The notes: generated by a model not told the origin, from the sequence alone. A stretch of DNA of 32,000 nucleotides from Cupriavidus necator (GCF_016127575.1 NZ_CP066019.1:1680001-1712000), one strand, 5' to 3'. Numbered from the stretch's first letter, positions 8,984 through 21,958 are shown. Numbers and translations are program-made.

Positions 8984-11676
8984 TGCCCGCCGGCTTGCCG
9001 GAATCCCTGCCAGGCAGCCATGGCGATGGCGATGGCGGCGACCATGACCTGCCCCGCGCCACCGCGCGGCTGCAGCTGCACCCGGGCTTTACCTTTGCCG
9101 ATGCTGCTGCCGTGGTCGACTACTACGCCGCGCTCGGCGTCAGCCACCTGTACCTGTCGCCTGTGTGCAGCGCGCGCCCCGCCTCCACCCATGGCTACGA
9201 TGTCACCGACTTCACCCGCGTGCGCGACGAGCTGGGCGGCGAGCCCGGCCTGAAAGCGCTGGCCGGGCGCGCCCGCGCCGCCGGCCTCGGCCTGGTGCTG
9301 GACATCGTGCCCAACCACATGGCGGCCGACCCCACCCACAACCACTGGTGGCGCGACGTGCTGACCCACGGACGCGCCAGCCGCTGCGCCGCCAGCTTCG
9401 ACATCGACTGGACCCCGCGCGACCCCGCCCTGCATGGCAAGGTGCTGCTGCCGATACTGGGCCAGTCCTACTGGGACACGCTGGTGGCGGGCGAGCTGCA
9501 ATGGGTGCCTGCAAGCGCAGACGATGCCGCCCACCTGCGCTACTTCGAGCACTCGCTGCCGCTGGCGCCGGGCAGCGTGGATGCCGCCGCCGCAACCCAG
9601 CCCGGCTGGTACGACCCCACGCAGGCCGAAGGCCGCACCCGGCTGCACGCACTGCTGGAGCGCCAGCACTACCGGCTGACCTGGTGGCGCACCGCCGCCG
9701 CGGCACTGAACTGGCGGCGCTTTTTCGAGATCAGCGATCTCGTCGGCGTGCGCGAGGAAGACCCGCAGGTATTCGACGCCGTCCACGCGCTGGTCTTCCG
9801 CCTGCTGCGCGAAGGCTGGATCGACGGCGTGCGTGTCGATCATGTCGACGGCCTGGCCGATCCTGCCGGCTACTGCCGCCGGCTGCGCGCCGAACTGGAC
9901 CGGCACGCAGCCGCGCGCCCGCCGTTGCTGCGGCTGGCGCACCCGTGGCTGGTGGTCGAGAAGATCCTGGGCCCGCGCGAACGGCTGGCGCCGGACTGGC
10001 AGGTGGATGGCACCACGGGCTACGACTTCATGGACGAGGTTGCCGCCGTGCTGCACGACGGCAACGGCGAGGCGCCGCTGGGCGCGCTGTGGACTTCGGC
10101 CAGCGGCGATGCGCGCCCGTATGCCGCCCATGTCGCGGCGGCACGGCGCCAGGTGCTGGAGCGGCACCTGGTAACCGAGTACGAAGGCGCCGCCGCCTGC
10201 CTGCACGACTGCGCGAAGCAGGAGCCCGGCACGCGTGACCTGACACGCGCGGCGCTGCGGCGCGCGCTGGCCGCGCTGATGGCGGCGGTGCCCGTCTACC
10301 GCAGCTACTTTGACGCGCAACCCGGCGCACGCGACGCCACTGCCGCACAGGCCGACCATGCCATGCTGGACCAGGCCATGCAGGCGGCGCGTGCCGACCT
10401 CGCCCCGGACGAGGCCGTGGCACTGGCCTTTATCGGCGGCTGCCTGCGCACGCCAGCCCCGCCCGACAGCGAAACCGGCGTACTGCGCCGCCGCCTGCAG
10501 CAACTGATGCCCGCCCTGGCAGCCAAGGCCGGCGAAGACACCGCGTTCTACCGCTACGGGCGGCTGCTGTCGCGCAACGAGGTAGGCAGCGACCCCGGCA
10601 CGCTGGCGCTGCCGCCGGCGCAGTTCCACGCGCGCATGGCGGCGCGGCGCATGGCCTGTCCTCATGCCATGCTGGCCACTGCGACCCACGACCACAAGCG
10701 CGGCGAGGACACACGCATGCGCCTGGCCGTGCTGAGCGAGATGCCCGCTGCCTGGGCCGAGGCCGTGGCGGCATGGGAACGCGCCTGCGCACCGCTGCTG
10801 TCGACGCTGCCGCAGGCCCCGGACCCCGGCGACCGCCTGATGCTGTACCAGACCCTGGTCGGCGCGTGGCCGATGGAGGACATCGGCAAGCCTGCAGGCA
10901 GCAACACCGTCGAGGCCTTCCTGGAGCGCGTGTCCGCGTGGCAGCTCAAGGCCATCCGCGAAGCCAAGCGCCACGGCAACTGGACCTGCCCCGACGCAGC
11001 CTACGAAGCCGCGTGCGAGGGCTTCCTGCGCGCCATCGCGGCGGACTGGCCATCGGGTGTGCTGGCGCATATCGGCCAGTTTGCGCAGCACATTGCCGTG
11101 GCAGGCGCCGTCAACAGCCTGGCACAGGTGCTGGTCCAGCTGACCGCACCAGGCATCCCCGACCGCTACCAGGGATGCGAAGGCTGGGACCTGAGCCTGG
11201 TAGACCCCGACAACCGGCGCCCGCCCGATTTTGCGCAACTGCGCGCGCGCCTGGGCTGCAGCGCTGGCTGGGCCCACTGGCTGGCGCACTGGCGCGACGG
11301 GCGCATCAAGCAGCAGCTGATACGCCAGGTGCTGGCAGTACGCCACGCCCATCCCCGGCTCTTTGCCGACGGGCAATACAGCATGCTGGCGGCGCAAGGC
11401 GCGCTGGTGCCGCAGGTGCTGGCCTTTGCCCGCACCGCGGATGCGCACCAGGCCATCACCGTGGTGACGCGGCTGGTGGCCACGCAGGTCGACCCGACCA
11501 TGCCGCGCATCCCGCCCGCGGGCTGGGGCGACACCGCCCTGAACGTGGGCGCGCCGCAGCCGAGCCGCTGGACCGATGCGCTGACCGGCCACGTGCTGGA
11601 CGCACCCATGGGCCGGCTGCGCCTGCGCGAGGTGCTGGGCGGCTTGCCGGTGGCGCTGCTGCTGCGCCAGCCGTAA
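8983..11676 (+). CDS. treY: Malto-oligosyltrehalose synthase TreY (GH13)
   Basis: ATG at 8983 shares its A with the treZ TAA stop (TAATG). TreY-type motifs present: ARLQLHPGFTF, GVSHLYLSPV, GYDVTDF, GLVLDIVPNHMA, DGVRVDHVDGL, TATHDHKRGED. 897 aa. Confidence 0.94.
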   Translation: MPAGLPESLPGSHGDGDGGDHDLPRATARLQLHPGFTFADAAAVVDYYAALGVSHLYLSPVCSARPASTHGYDVTDFTRVRDELGGEPGLKALAGRARAAGLGLVLDIVPNHMAADPTHNHWWRDVLTHGRASRCAASFDIDWTPRDPALHGKVLLPILGQSYWDTLVAGELQWVPASADDAAHLRYFEHSLPLAPGSVDAAAATQPGWYDPTQAEGRTRLHALLERQHYRLTWWRTAAAALNWRRFFEISDLVGVREEDPQVFDAVHALVFRLLREGWIDGVRVDHVDGLADPAGYCRRLRAELDRHAAARPPLLRLAHPWLVVEKILGPRERLAPDWQVDGTTGYDFMDEVAAVLHDGNGEAPLGALWTSASGDARPYAAHVAAARRQVLERHLVTEYEGAAACLHDCAKQEPGTRDLTRAALRRALAALMAAVPVYRSYFDAQPGARDATAAQADHAMLDQAMQAARADLAPDEAVALAFIGGCLRTPAPPDSETGVLRRRLQQLMPALAAKAGEDTAFYRYGRLLSRNEVGSDPGTLALPPAQFHARMAARRMACPHAMLATATHDHKRGEDTRMRLAVLSEMPAAWAEAVAAWERACAPLLSTLPQAPDPGDRLMLYQTLVGAWPMEDIGKPAGSNTVEAFLERVSAWQLKAIREAKRHGNWTCPDAAYEAACEGFLRAIAADWPSGVLAHIGQFAQHIAVAGAVNSLAQVLVQLTAPGIPDRYQGCEGWDLSLVDPDNRRPPDFAQLRARLGCSAGWAHWLAHWRDGRIKQQLIRQVLAVRHAHPRLFADGQYSMLAAQGALVPQVLAFARTADAHQAITVVTRLVATQVDPTMPRIPPAGWGDTALNVGAPQPSRWTDALTGHVLDAPMGRLRLREVLGGLPVALLLRQP

Positions 11677-11708
11677 GCGGCCCAGGGGCAGCGCGAACGC
11701 TCGCGGCC

Positions 11709-12344
11709 TCAGGACTTCTGCACCGCCGTGTGCAACACGATCGGCGTCAGCGGGCCATGGTGATGGCGTGGCGTGCCATGCGGCGCCGCCTGGCCGTGCT
11801 GCGGCGGCTGCGCGCCGTCGTGCGGCCCGCGCCTCGCCTGGCCGGGCGAAGCGCCGCGTTCCTGCGGCAGGTAGGGCCGGATCACGACGGCAACGTAATC
11901 GTCCTCCTTGGGCGTGACAACGATATACGCCAGGCCCGACATCACCAGGCCGACCTCACCGAGCTCGGTCGCGATGCGAGCCACGATAAAGCGCTGCAGC
12001 AGCAGCGGGTTGACGCTGTCGTCAATCGCAAGCGCGGCCGTGCAGATGGTCAGGAAGCAGCGCTCGACCTCGCGGCACACCACCACCACCTCATCGATGG
12101 CGTAGCCCGAGCGGCTGGCGCGCACCAGCACCGACACCCCCGAGCTGGGCGCGGCGCGGTGCCAGCCCGGCTTGACCTTGAAGCTGGGCAGGGCCAGGCC
12201 GGAGCCGGTGTCGTGGGCCACGGCATTGAAGCGCTGGGCGAAGTCCGTGGGCGTCATCGCAAGCAGCTGGCGCTCCACCGGCGCCGAAGACACCGAGACG
12301 GACGAGGCCAGGACGACGGTGGACAGGATGCTGGCTAGGTTCAT
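11709..12344 (-). CDS. Hypothetical secreted protein with His/Pro/Gly/Gln-rich C-terminal tail
   Basis: In-frame ATG at 12344 preceded by GAGG (ttgcGAGGtagtcATG). Signal-like N-terminus MNLASILSTVVLASSVSVSSAP. GC-rich third codon positions. C-terminal ~45 aa are low complexity (PQERGASPGQARRGPHDGAQPPQHGQAAPHGTPRHHHGP). No family recognised. The upstream 64 codons of listed ORF 11709..12536 are judged non-coding. Confidence 0.6.
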   Translation of the reverse strand: MNLASILSTVVLASSVSVSSAPVERQLLAMTPTDFAQRFNAVAHDTGSGLALPSFKVKPGWHRAAPSSGVSVLVRASRSGYAIDEVVVVCREVERCFLTICTAALAIDDSVNPLLLQRFIVARIATELGEVGLVMSGLAYIVVTPKEDDYVAVVIRPYLPQERGASPGQARRGPHDGAQPPQHGQAAPHGTPRHHHGPLTPIVLHTAVQKS

Positions 12345-12685
12345 GACTACCTCGCAACGGATGAGCCGCTCCCCCCCGGCTGCGCTGTCGGGCCCGGCGG
12401 CACGCGGCGCACAGGGGGCCGCCGCGGCATGGGGCCGGCGTTGCGGGCTGTGCTCGCCGGCACTTGCCGCTCGCCAGTTTTTGCCAGCATTTCCTCCACT
12501 ATAGACACGACGGCACGCAATCACACGACGGCGCAAGCATCGCGCCGGTCATGCCGCGCGGGCGCTGGCAGGCTGCACATGCAGTTTCTGCCGCGGCTGT
12601 AAAAACTACGCCGTGTGCGCCGAACCGGCAGCGTCGCAAGCCGCACAGGACCCAGCTCCGCACCGGCTGCGCCGACGCCGGCGCC

Positions 12686-12701
12686 GGGAACGGAGCTTGC
12701 A
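12686..12701 (+). promoter_or_regulatory. Candidate sigma-54 (-24/-12) promoter for the BON operon
   Basis: gGGAACGgagcTTGCAg compared with consensus TGGCACG-N4-TTGCW. GG at 12687-12688 and GC at 12699-12700 have the correct 12-nt register, about 62 nt upstream of the ATG at 12763. A nested palindrome GGCAGgCTGCAcaTGCAGtttCTGCC (12567-12592) lies about 95 nt further upstream, where enhancer sites usually sit. Motif match only. Confidence 0.3.
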
Positions 12702-12762
12702 GGTCAAAGGCAGATGCGGAGCAGGAATCGCCCTGCCCGCTGCCAAGTACAGGAGGATCGTC

Positions 12763-13128
12763 ATGACACCACGCTTCCGCATCGCCCGCCTGGCGCTGCC
12801 TCTGGCGGTGCTGGCGATGGCCGCCTCCCAGGCCGTTGCGGCCGCCCCGACCGATGCGCCGGCGGCGCCGTCATCAACGGGCCGCACGGCCGCGCCGCGC
12901 GACACCGCAGCCGCCAGCGACCGCGCCATCACTGCCGAAGTCCAGGCCCGCCTGGCCAACGCGCGCACGCTGGACCCCGCCAGGATCCGCGTATCCACCA
13001 CTGACGGCGTGGTCAAGCTGGAAGGCACCGTGCGCGACGATAAACAGCGTACGATGGCAATGGAACTGGCTCGTTCGGTGCGCGGTGTGAGCGCCGTATC
13101 CGACGAGCTGCGCGCCGGCACCGACTGA
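12763..13128 (+). CDS. Periplasmic BON-domain protein (OsmY-like, single BON domain)
   Basis: ATG at 12763 with AGGAGG at 12751-12756. Signal peptide MTPRFRIARLALPLAVLAMAASQAVAAAP. BON-type segment DRAITAEVQARLANARTLDPARIRVSTTDGVVKLEGTVRDDKQRTMAMELARSVRGVSAVSDEL. The listed ORF start at 12613 is an upstream in-frame extension without an SD. Confidence 0.85.
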   Translation: MTPRFRIARLALPLAVLAMAASQAVAAAPTDAPAAPSSTGRTAAPRDTAAASDRAITAEVQARLANARTLDPARIRVSTTDGVVKLEGTVRDDKQRTMAMELARSVRGVSAVSDELRAGTD

Positions 13129-13162
13129 CCGGCAGCGCCATGCCAACCTCCGTGGAGACGCC

Positions 13163-13393
13163 ATGAGCACCCATCGCCAGCCCGACCATGACACCACGCG
13201 ACGCCGCAGCGAGCGTCCCGACCCGCACAAGGGCGGCCCCGACACCGAACATGAACGGGGCAAGCCCGGGCGCGACCGCCGCCACGATGTCGAGCGCGAG
13301 CATGACATCCCGGATGAGAACACCGAGCCGCCTTCAGTCAGGCGCCGCGGCGACAGGCCCGATGACAGCGAAGCGCCAGTGGAGAACCACTGA
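13163..13393 (+). CDS. Small highly charged hydrophilic protein (76 aa, predicted disordered)
   Basis: ATG at 13163 with GGAG at 13154-13157 (5-nt spacer), 34 nt after the BON stop. GC-ending codons dominate in this frame. The protein is about 55% R/D/E/H/P with no hydrophobic core (MSTHRQPDHDTTRRRSERPDPHKGGPDTEHERGK...). No family recognised. Confidence 0.55.
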   Translation: MSTHRQPDHDTTRRRSERPDPHKGGPDTEHERGKPGRDRRHDVEREHDIPDENTEPPSVRRRGDRPDDSEAPVENH

Positions 13394-13423
13394 ATCCGCC
13401 GAGCCAACCGAACAGGAGGCACG

Positions 13424-13807
13424 ATGAGCAAGACCGTACGTACCCACCGTATCGGCCCACGCCACGGTGACCGTGTGGGCGGCACCGCGCCCGCGCCGCG
13501 CGAAGGCGCGCAGGCTTCCGCCGGCCGCCGTTCGCGCGAGAACACCGCGTCCGGTGCCGCGCGCGCCGACGCGGGCCATATCCCGAGCACGCTCGACCCC
13601 GATCTCGAACAGGAAACCGACGATATCGACGAAGAAATCGAGCAGCGCGAGAACGAGGCCCACACCGCGCAGGATGAGGAAAGCCCGGAGGAAGAGATCG
13701 CCGATGAAGTGATGCATGCCGCCGAAGACCTGCCGGCCGAAGTGCCGGTCGACAAGGCCGACCACACCGATGAGCGCGAGGAACGCCCACCCCGCGCACC
13801 GCGTTAG
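13424..13807 (+). CDS. Hydrophilic protein with basic N-half and strongly acidic C-half (127 aa)
   Basis: ATG at 13424 with AGGAGG at 13414-13419 (4-nt spacer), 30 nt after the previous stop. GC3-rich codons. C-terminal sequence is DPDLEQETDDIDEEIEQRENEAHTAQDEESPEEEIADEV. No family recognised. Confidence 0.6.
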   Translation: MSKTVRTHRIGPRHGDRVGGTAPAPREGAQASAGRRSRENTASGAARADAGHIPSTLDPDLEQETDDIDEEIEQRENEAHTAQDEESPEEEIADEVMHAAEDLPAEVPVDKADHTDEREERPPRAPR

Positions 13808-13910
13808 CTAGCGCCCGGCAAGGACGTATCCGTGCGGCAAGACGAACGGGGGCCCCGGTGCGCCCGGAATCCCCGTCTTGATCCGGCCGGGACGCTCATC
13901 AAAGCCACCG

Positions 13911-14642
13911 CTATGTCGCACTGAGGTCTCCACCGTCATACTGCGGCGCTGCGGGCACCTCAAAGCGAGCCAGCAGCGGCAGGTGGTCGGAGGCGACGCG
14001 CGCCAGCGGCGAACGGTGGCTGGCCACCGACACCAGGTGCGCGCGCGGCGACACCCAGATGCGATCGAGGGCAAACACCGGCCAGCGCGACGGGAAGGTG
14101 GCGGTGTGCGGCGCATGCTCGAAATACGCATGCAGCCAGCGCAATGGCCGGCCCCACAGGAACCATTCATTGACGTCACCGAGCAGGATGGTCGGCAACG
14201 GCGGTGCGGCGGCCACGTAGTTGAGCAACTGCTGCACCTGGCGCCGGCGCTCACCGGGGCGCAGGCCCAGGTGGGTGGCAATCACGCGCAGCGCGCTCTC
14301 CCAGCCCGAGGCCGTGCACGCCAGCGTGACATCGATGGCACCGCGCGGCTCGCAGCCCTTCACCGTCAGGTCGATCTGGTTCACCGCCTGCGGCGCAAAG
14401 CGCGCCAGCAGCGCATTGCCATAGTCGGCATTGCCGCGCACGCGCGTAAATCCAGAGACCACGTGCATGCCGGTATGGCCGGCCAGGTATTCCAGGGTAT
14501 GGTCGTTGCTGCTGCCGGATTCCACTTCCTGCAGCGCGACGATATCGGCGTCCAGTTCCTCCAGCACCGTTGCGATGCGGTCAGGCCGATAGCGGCGGTC
14601 CGTGCCCACGGCGCGGTGGATGTTGTAGCTGACCACCGTCAT
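13911..14642 (-). CDS. Endonuclease/exonuclease/phosphatase (EEP) family protein
   Basis: MTVVSYNIHRAVG...DADIVALQEVES...ATHLGL...LLGDVNEW...SDHLPL is the EEP catalytic motif series (N, E, D, N, D/H). ATG 14642 is preferred because the 43 upstream codons to ATG 14771 contain many A/T-ending codons (TTA, CTT, GTA, AAT). Start is uncertain; neither candidate has a clear SD. Confidence 0.82.
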   Translation of the reverse strand: MTVVSYNIHRAVGTDRRYRPDRIATVLEELDADIVALQEVESGSSNDHTLEYLAGHTGMHVVSGFTRVRGNADYGNALLARFAPQAVNQIDLTVKGCEPRGAIDVTLACTASGWESALRVIATHLGLRPGERRRQVQQLLNYVAAAPPLPTILLGDVNEWFLWGRPLRWLHAYFEHAPHTATFPSRWPVFALDRIWVSPRAHLVSVASHRSPLARVASDHLPLLARFEVPAAPQYDGGDLSAT

Positions 14643-14795
14643 GCTGGCGATGCCGGCCGCGTCCGCCGCGCAGTGCAGCCCTGCCCGCGCGCTGGCGACC
14701 GCAGGCGTGTCGCCAGGGTCACGCGCCTGGGCAGGATTTACAAGAGGCGGTAAGTCCGGTTGCATTCGCATGGCCGGCAGCGCTGGCCGCTATGC

Positions 14796-15146
14796 TCAGG
14801 CGCCATCCAGGAACGGGTTCGGCTTGCCGATGCGGCGGCCGAGGTCTGGGCTTTCCCAACGTGCGCCCTCCGTGTATGGATCCGGGGCGCGCTGCATGGT
14901 CGTGCCAGGCACGCCAGGCTGCGCCGGCACGGTCGAAGGCTGGGCCTCTGGCGCGGGTGCCAGGTCGGTTCGGGTGGGGGCGTTGGCGCCCTGGGTGTAC
15001 GGGTCGAACTTGTCGGTGCTGCGCGCGCCTTGCGAATACGGGTCATAGGTGCCGCGCGGCGTGCCCGGCGCCTGCGCCAGGGCGGGGATTGCGGCAGCGG
15101 CCAGGGCCACGGCCGCAAGGATTCGGCTGGGACGGATATGCTTCAT
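14796..15146 (-). CDS. Small secreted protein with [DN]P[YF]xxGA repeats
   Basis: ATG at 15146 with GGAGG (complement of 15152-15156) 5 nt upstream. Signal peptide MKHIRPSRILAAVALAAAAIPALA. Mature part contains YDPYSQGA, FDPYTQGA, PDPYTEGA and a degenerate NPFLDGA. No family recognised. Confidence 0.65.
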   Translation of the reverse strand: MKHIRPSRILAAVALAAAAIPALAQAPGTPRGTYDPYSQGARSTDKFDPYTQGANAPTRTDLAPAPEAQPSTVPAQPGVPGTTMQRAPDPYTEGARWESPDLGRRIGKPNPFLDGA

Positions 15147-15192
15147 GGTTACCTCCGGTTGCGCGCGATGTGCACGCCAGTAGCCATGGTCA

Positions 15193-15222
15193 AGCGAAAG
15201 GCGTGCCCGTACGCCCTTCGCT
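15193..15222 (-). terminator. Stem-loop just downstream of the double-UvrA stop (weak terminator candidate)
   Basis: AGCGAAAGGCG-TGCCCGTA-CGCCCTTCGCT: an 11-bp stem with one mismatch and an 8-nt loop, 12 nt beyond the stop codon in the transcription direction. No U-tract follows, so read-through into the downstream gene is possible. Confidence 0.35.
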
Positions 15223-15233
15223 GCGCCAATCCC

Positions 15234-21095
<5,862 letters not shown>

Positions 21096-21148
21096 GATTT
21101 CTCTTTTCGAATCAGGACGTTAAGGAGGAGACCGGGGACGGTCCGACC

Positions 21149-21166
21149 ACTGTACATCCATACAGT
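21149..21166. promoter_or_regulatory. LexA (SOS) box
   Basis: aCTGTACATCCATACAGt is an exact CTGT-N8-ACAG core with a palindromic A/T flank, 54 nt upstream of the double-UvrA GTG and 155 nt upstream of the higB ATG, in the AT-richer divergent intergenic region. Confidence 0.7.
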
Positions 21167-21299
21167 CTATCAGGTTGGAAAAGAATTGGTATCGATCACG
21201 TCGCACGGAATCAGACAAGTGACGGTGCGGTGCGAGAGGCGAGCGGCTTTCATGACCGTTCGCGCCAGGCCAAAGCCTGACTTTCGCTGCATTGCTATT

Positions 21300-21314
21300 T
21301 ATCGATTACCGATA
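21300..21314. promoter_or_regulatory. Inverted repeat TATCG-N5-CGATA, candidate HigA operator
   Basis: TATCGATTACCGATA lies 7-21 nt upstream of the higB ATG, flanked by sigma-70-like hexamers TTGCTA (21292-21297) and TACGAT (21315-21320, 17-nt spacer). A further TATCGAT copy is at 21190-21196. Motif-level evidence only. Confidence 0.35.
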
Positions 21315-21320
21315 TACGAT

Positions 21321-21599
21321 ATGATTCAGTCATTCAGATGTTCCGACACCGCTGAACTGTTCGCGGGCCGCTGTGTACCGCGCTTCGGCAATATCCGCGC
21401 CGTGGCCGAACGCAAGCTGCGGCTGCTGCAGAGAGCGTCGACGCTGGAGTTCCTGCGCTCCCCGCCGGGCAATCGCCTGCAGTTGCTGACCGGCGACCGC
21501 AAAGGCCGCTACAGCATCCGCATCAACGAGCAATGGCGAATCTGCTTCATCTGGACCCACGACGGCCCCGCGGTCGTTGAGATCATCGACTACCACTGA
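21321..21599 (+). CDS. higB: Type II toxin HigB (RelE/ParE superfamily, plasmid maintenance system killer family)
   Basis: 92 aa from the in-frame ATG at 21321: [14 protein letters not shown]...[48 protein letters not shown]. This has the characteristic HigB length and C-terminal SIRIN.QWRICF...V.I.DYH signature. The upstream 45 codons of the listed ORF are AT-richer and judged non-coding. Confidence 0.9.
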   Translation: MIQSFRCSDTAELFAGRCVPRFGNIRAVAERKLRLLQRASTLEFLRSPPGNRLQLLTGDRKGRYSIRINEQWRICFIWTHDGPAVVEIIDYH

Positions 21600-21610
21600 G
21601 GAAGACAGAC

Positions 21611-21946
21611 ATGGTTCGCTTCAAGGACGGCATGCGTCCCATCCACCCGGGCGAAATCCTGCGCGAGGATTTCCTGGTACCGCTCAACATGAGCGCCAAC
21701 GCCCTGGCCCTCGCGCTGCGCGTGACCGCGGCGCGCATCAACGACATCGTCCGCGAGCAACGTGGCATCACGCCGGACACCGCCCTGCGCCTGGCGCGCT
21801 ATTTTGGCGGCGATGCGCAGTCGTGGCTGAACCTGCAGCTGGACTATGACCTGAAGGTCGCGCAGCGCGACCACGGCGAGCGCATCATGGCGGAAGTGGC
21901 GCCGCGCGATGCCGCGGCGGCCGGTCAACCGGCCGCTGAAAAGTAG
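21611..21946 (+). CDS. higA: Type II antitoxin HigA (XRE-type HTH)
   Basis: Starts 11 nt after higB, and GAGGAAG (21598-21604) overlaps the higB stop. IHPGEILREDFLVPLNMSANALALALRVTAARINDIVREQRGITPDTALRLARYFG is the typical HigA/VapI HTH. Confidence 0.9.
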   Translation: MVRFKDGMRPIHPGEILREDFLVPLNMSANALALALRVTAARINDIVREQRGITPDTALRLARYFGGDAQSWLNLQLDYDLKVAQRDHGERIMAEVAPRDAAAAGQPAAEK

Positions 21947-21958
21947 AAAACGGTATTG

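Noticed and set aside
10773-12338. 521-aa plus-strand ORF running out of the treY 3' end and across the 211-aa minus-strand gene. Similar out-of-frame ORFs: 28527..30203 and 29926..31647.
   Set aside because: They are out of frame with, or antisense to, better-supported genes. They have no SD or plausible start context, and their composition is dominated by R/A/G/P.
13188-13427. Alternative 79-aa ORF overlapping the 76-aa hydrophilin gene in another frame. Also the antisense ORFs 12874..13767 and 13334..13799.
   Set aside because: No SD precedes 13188, whereas 13163 has GGAG at optimal spacing and a better GC3 pattern. The antisense ORFs have no start context and are Ser/Arg/Ala-rich shadows.
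21121-21130. Strong SD-like TAAGGAGGAG on the plus strand in the uvrA-higB spacer.
   Set aside because: No ATG, GTG or TTG at a usable distance opens a meaningful ORF. It is probably a fortuitous purine run, the complement of a pyrimidine tract in the UvrA-like leader.
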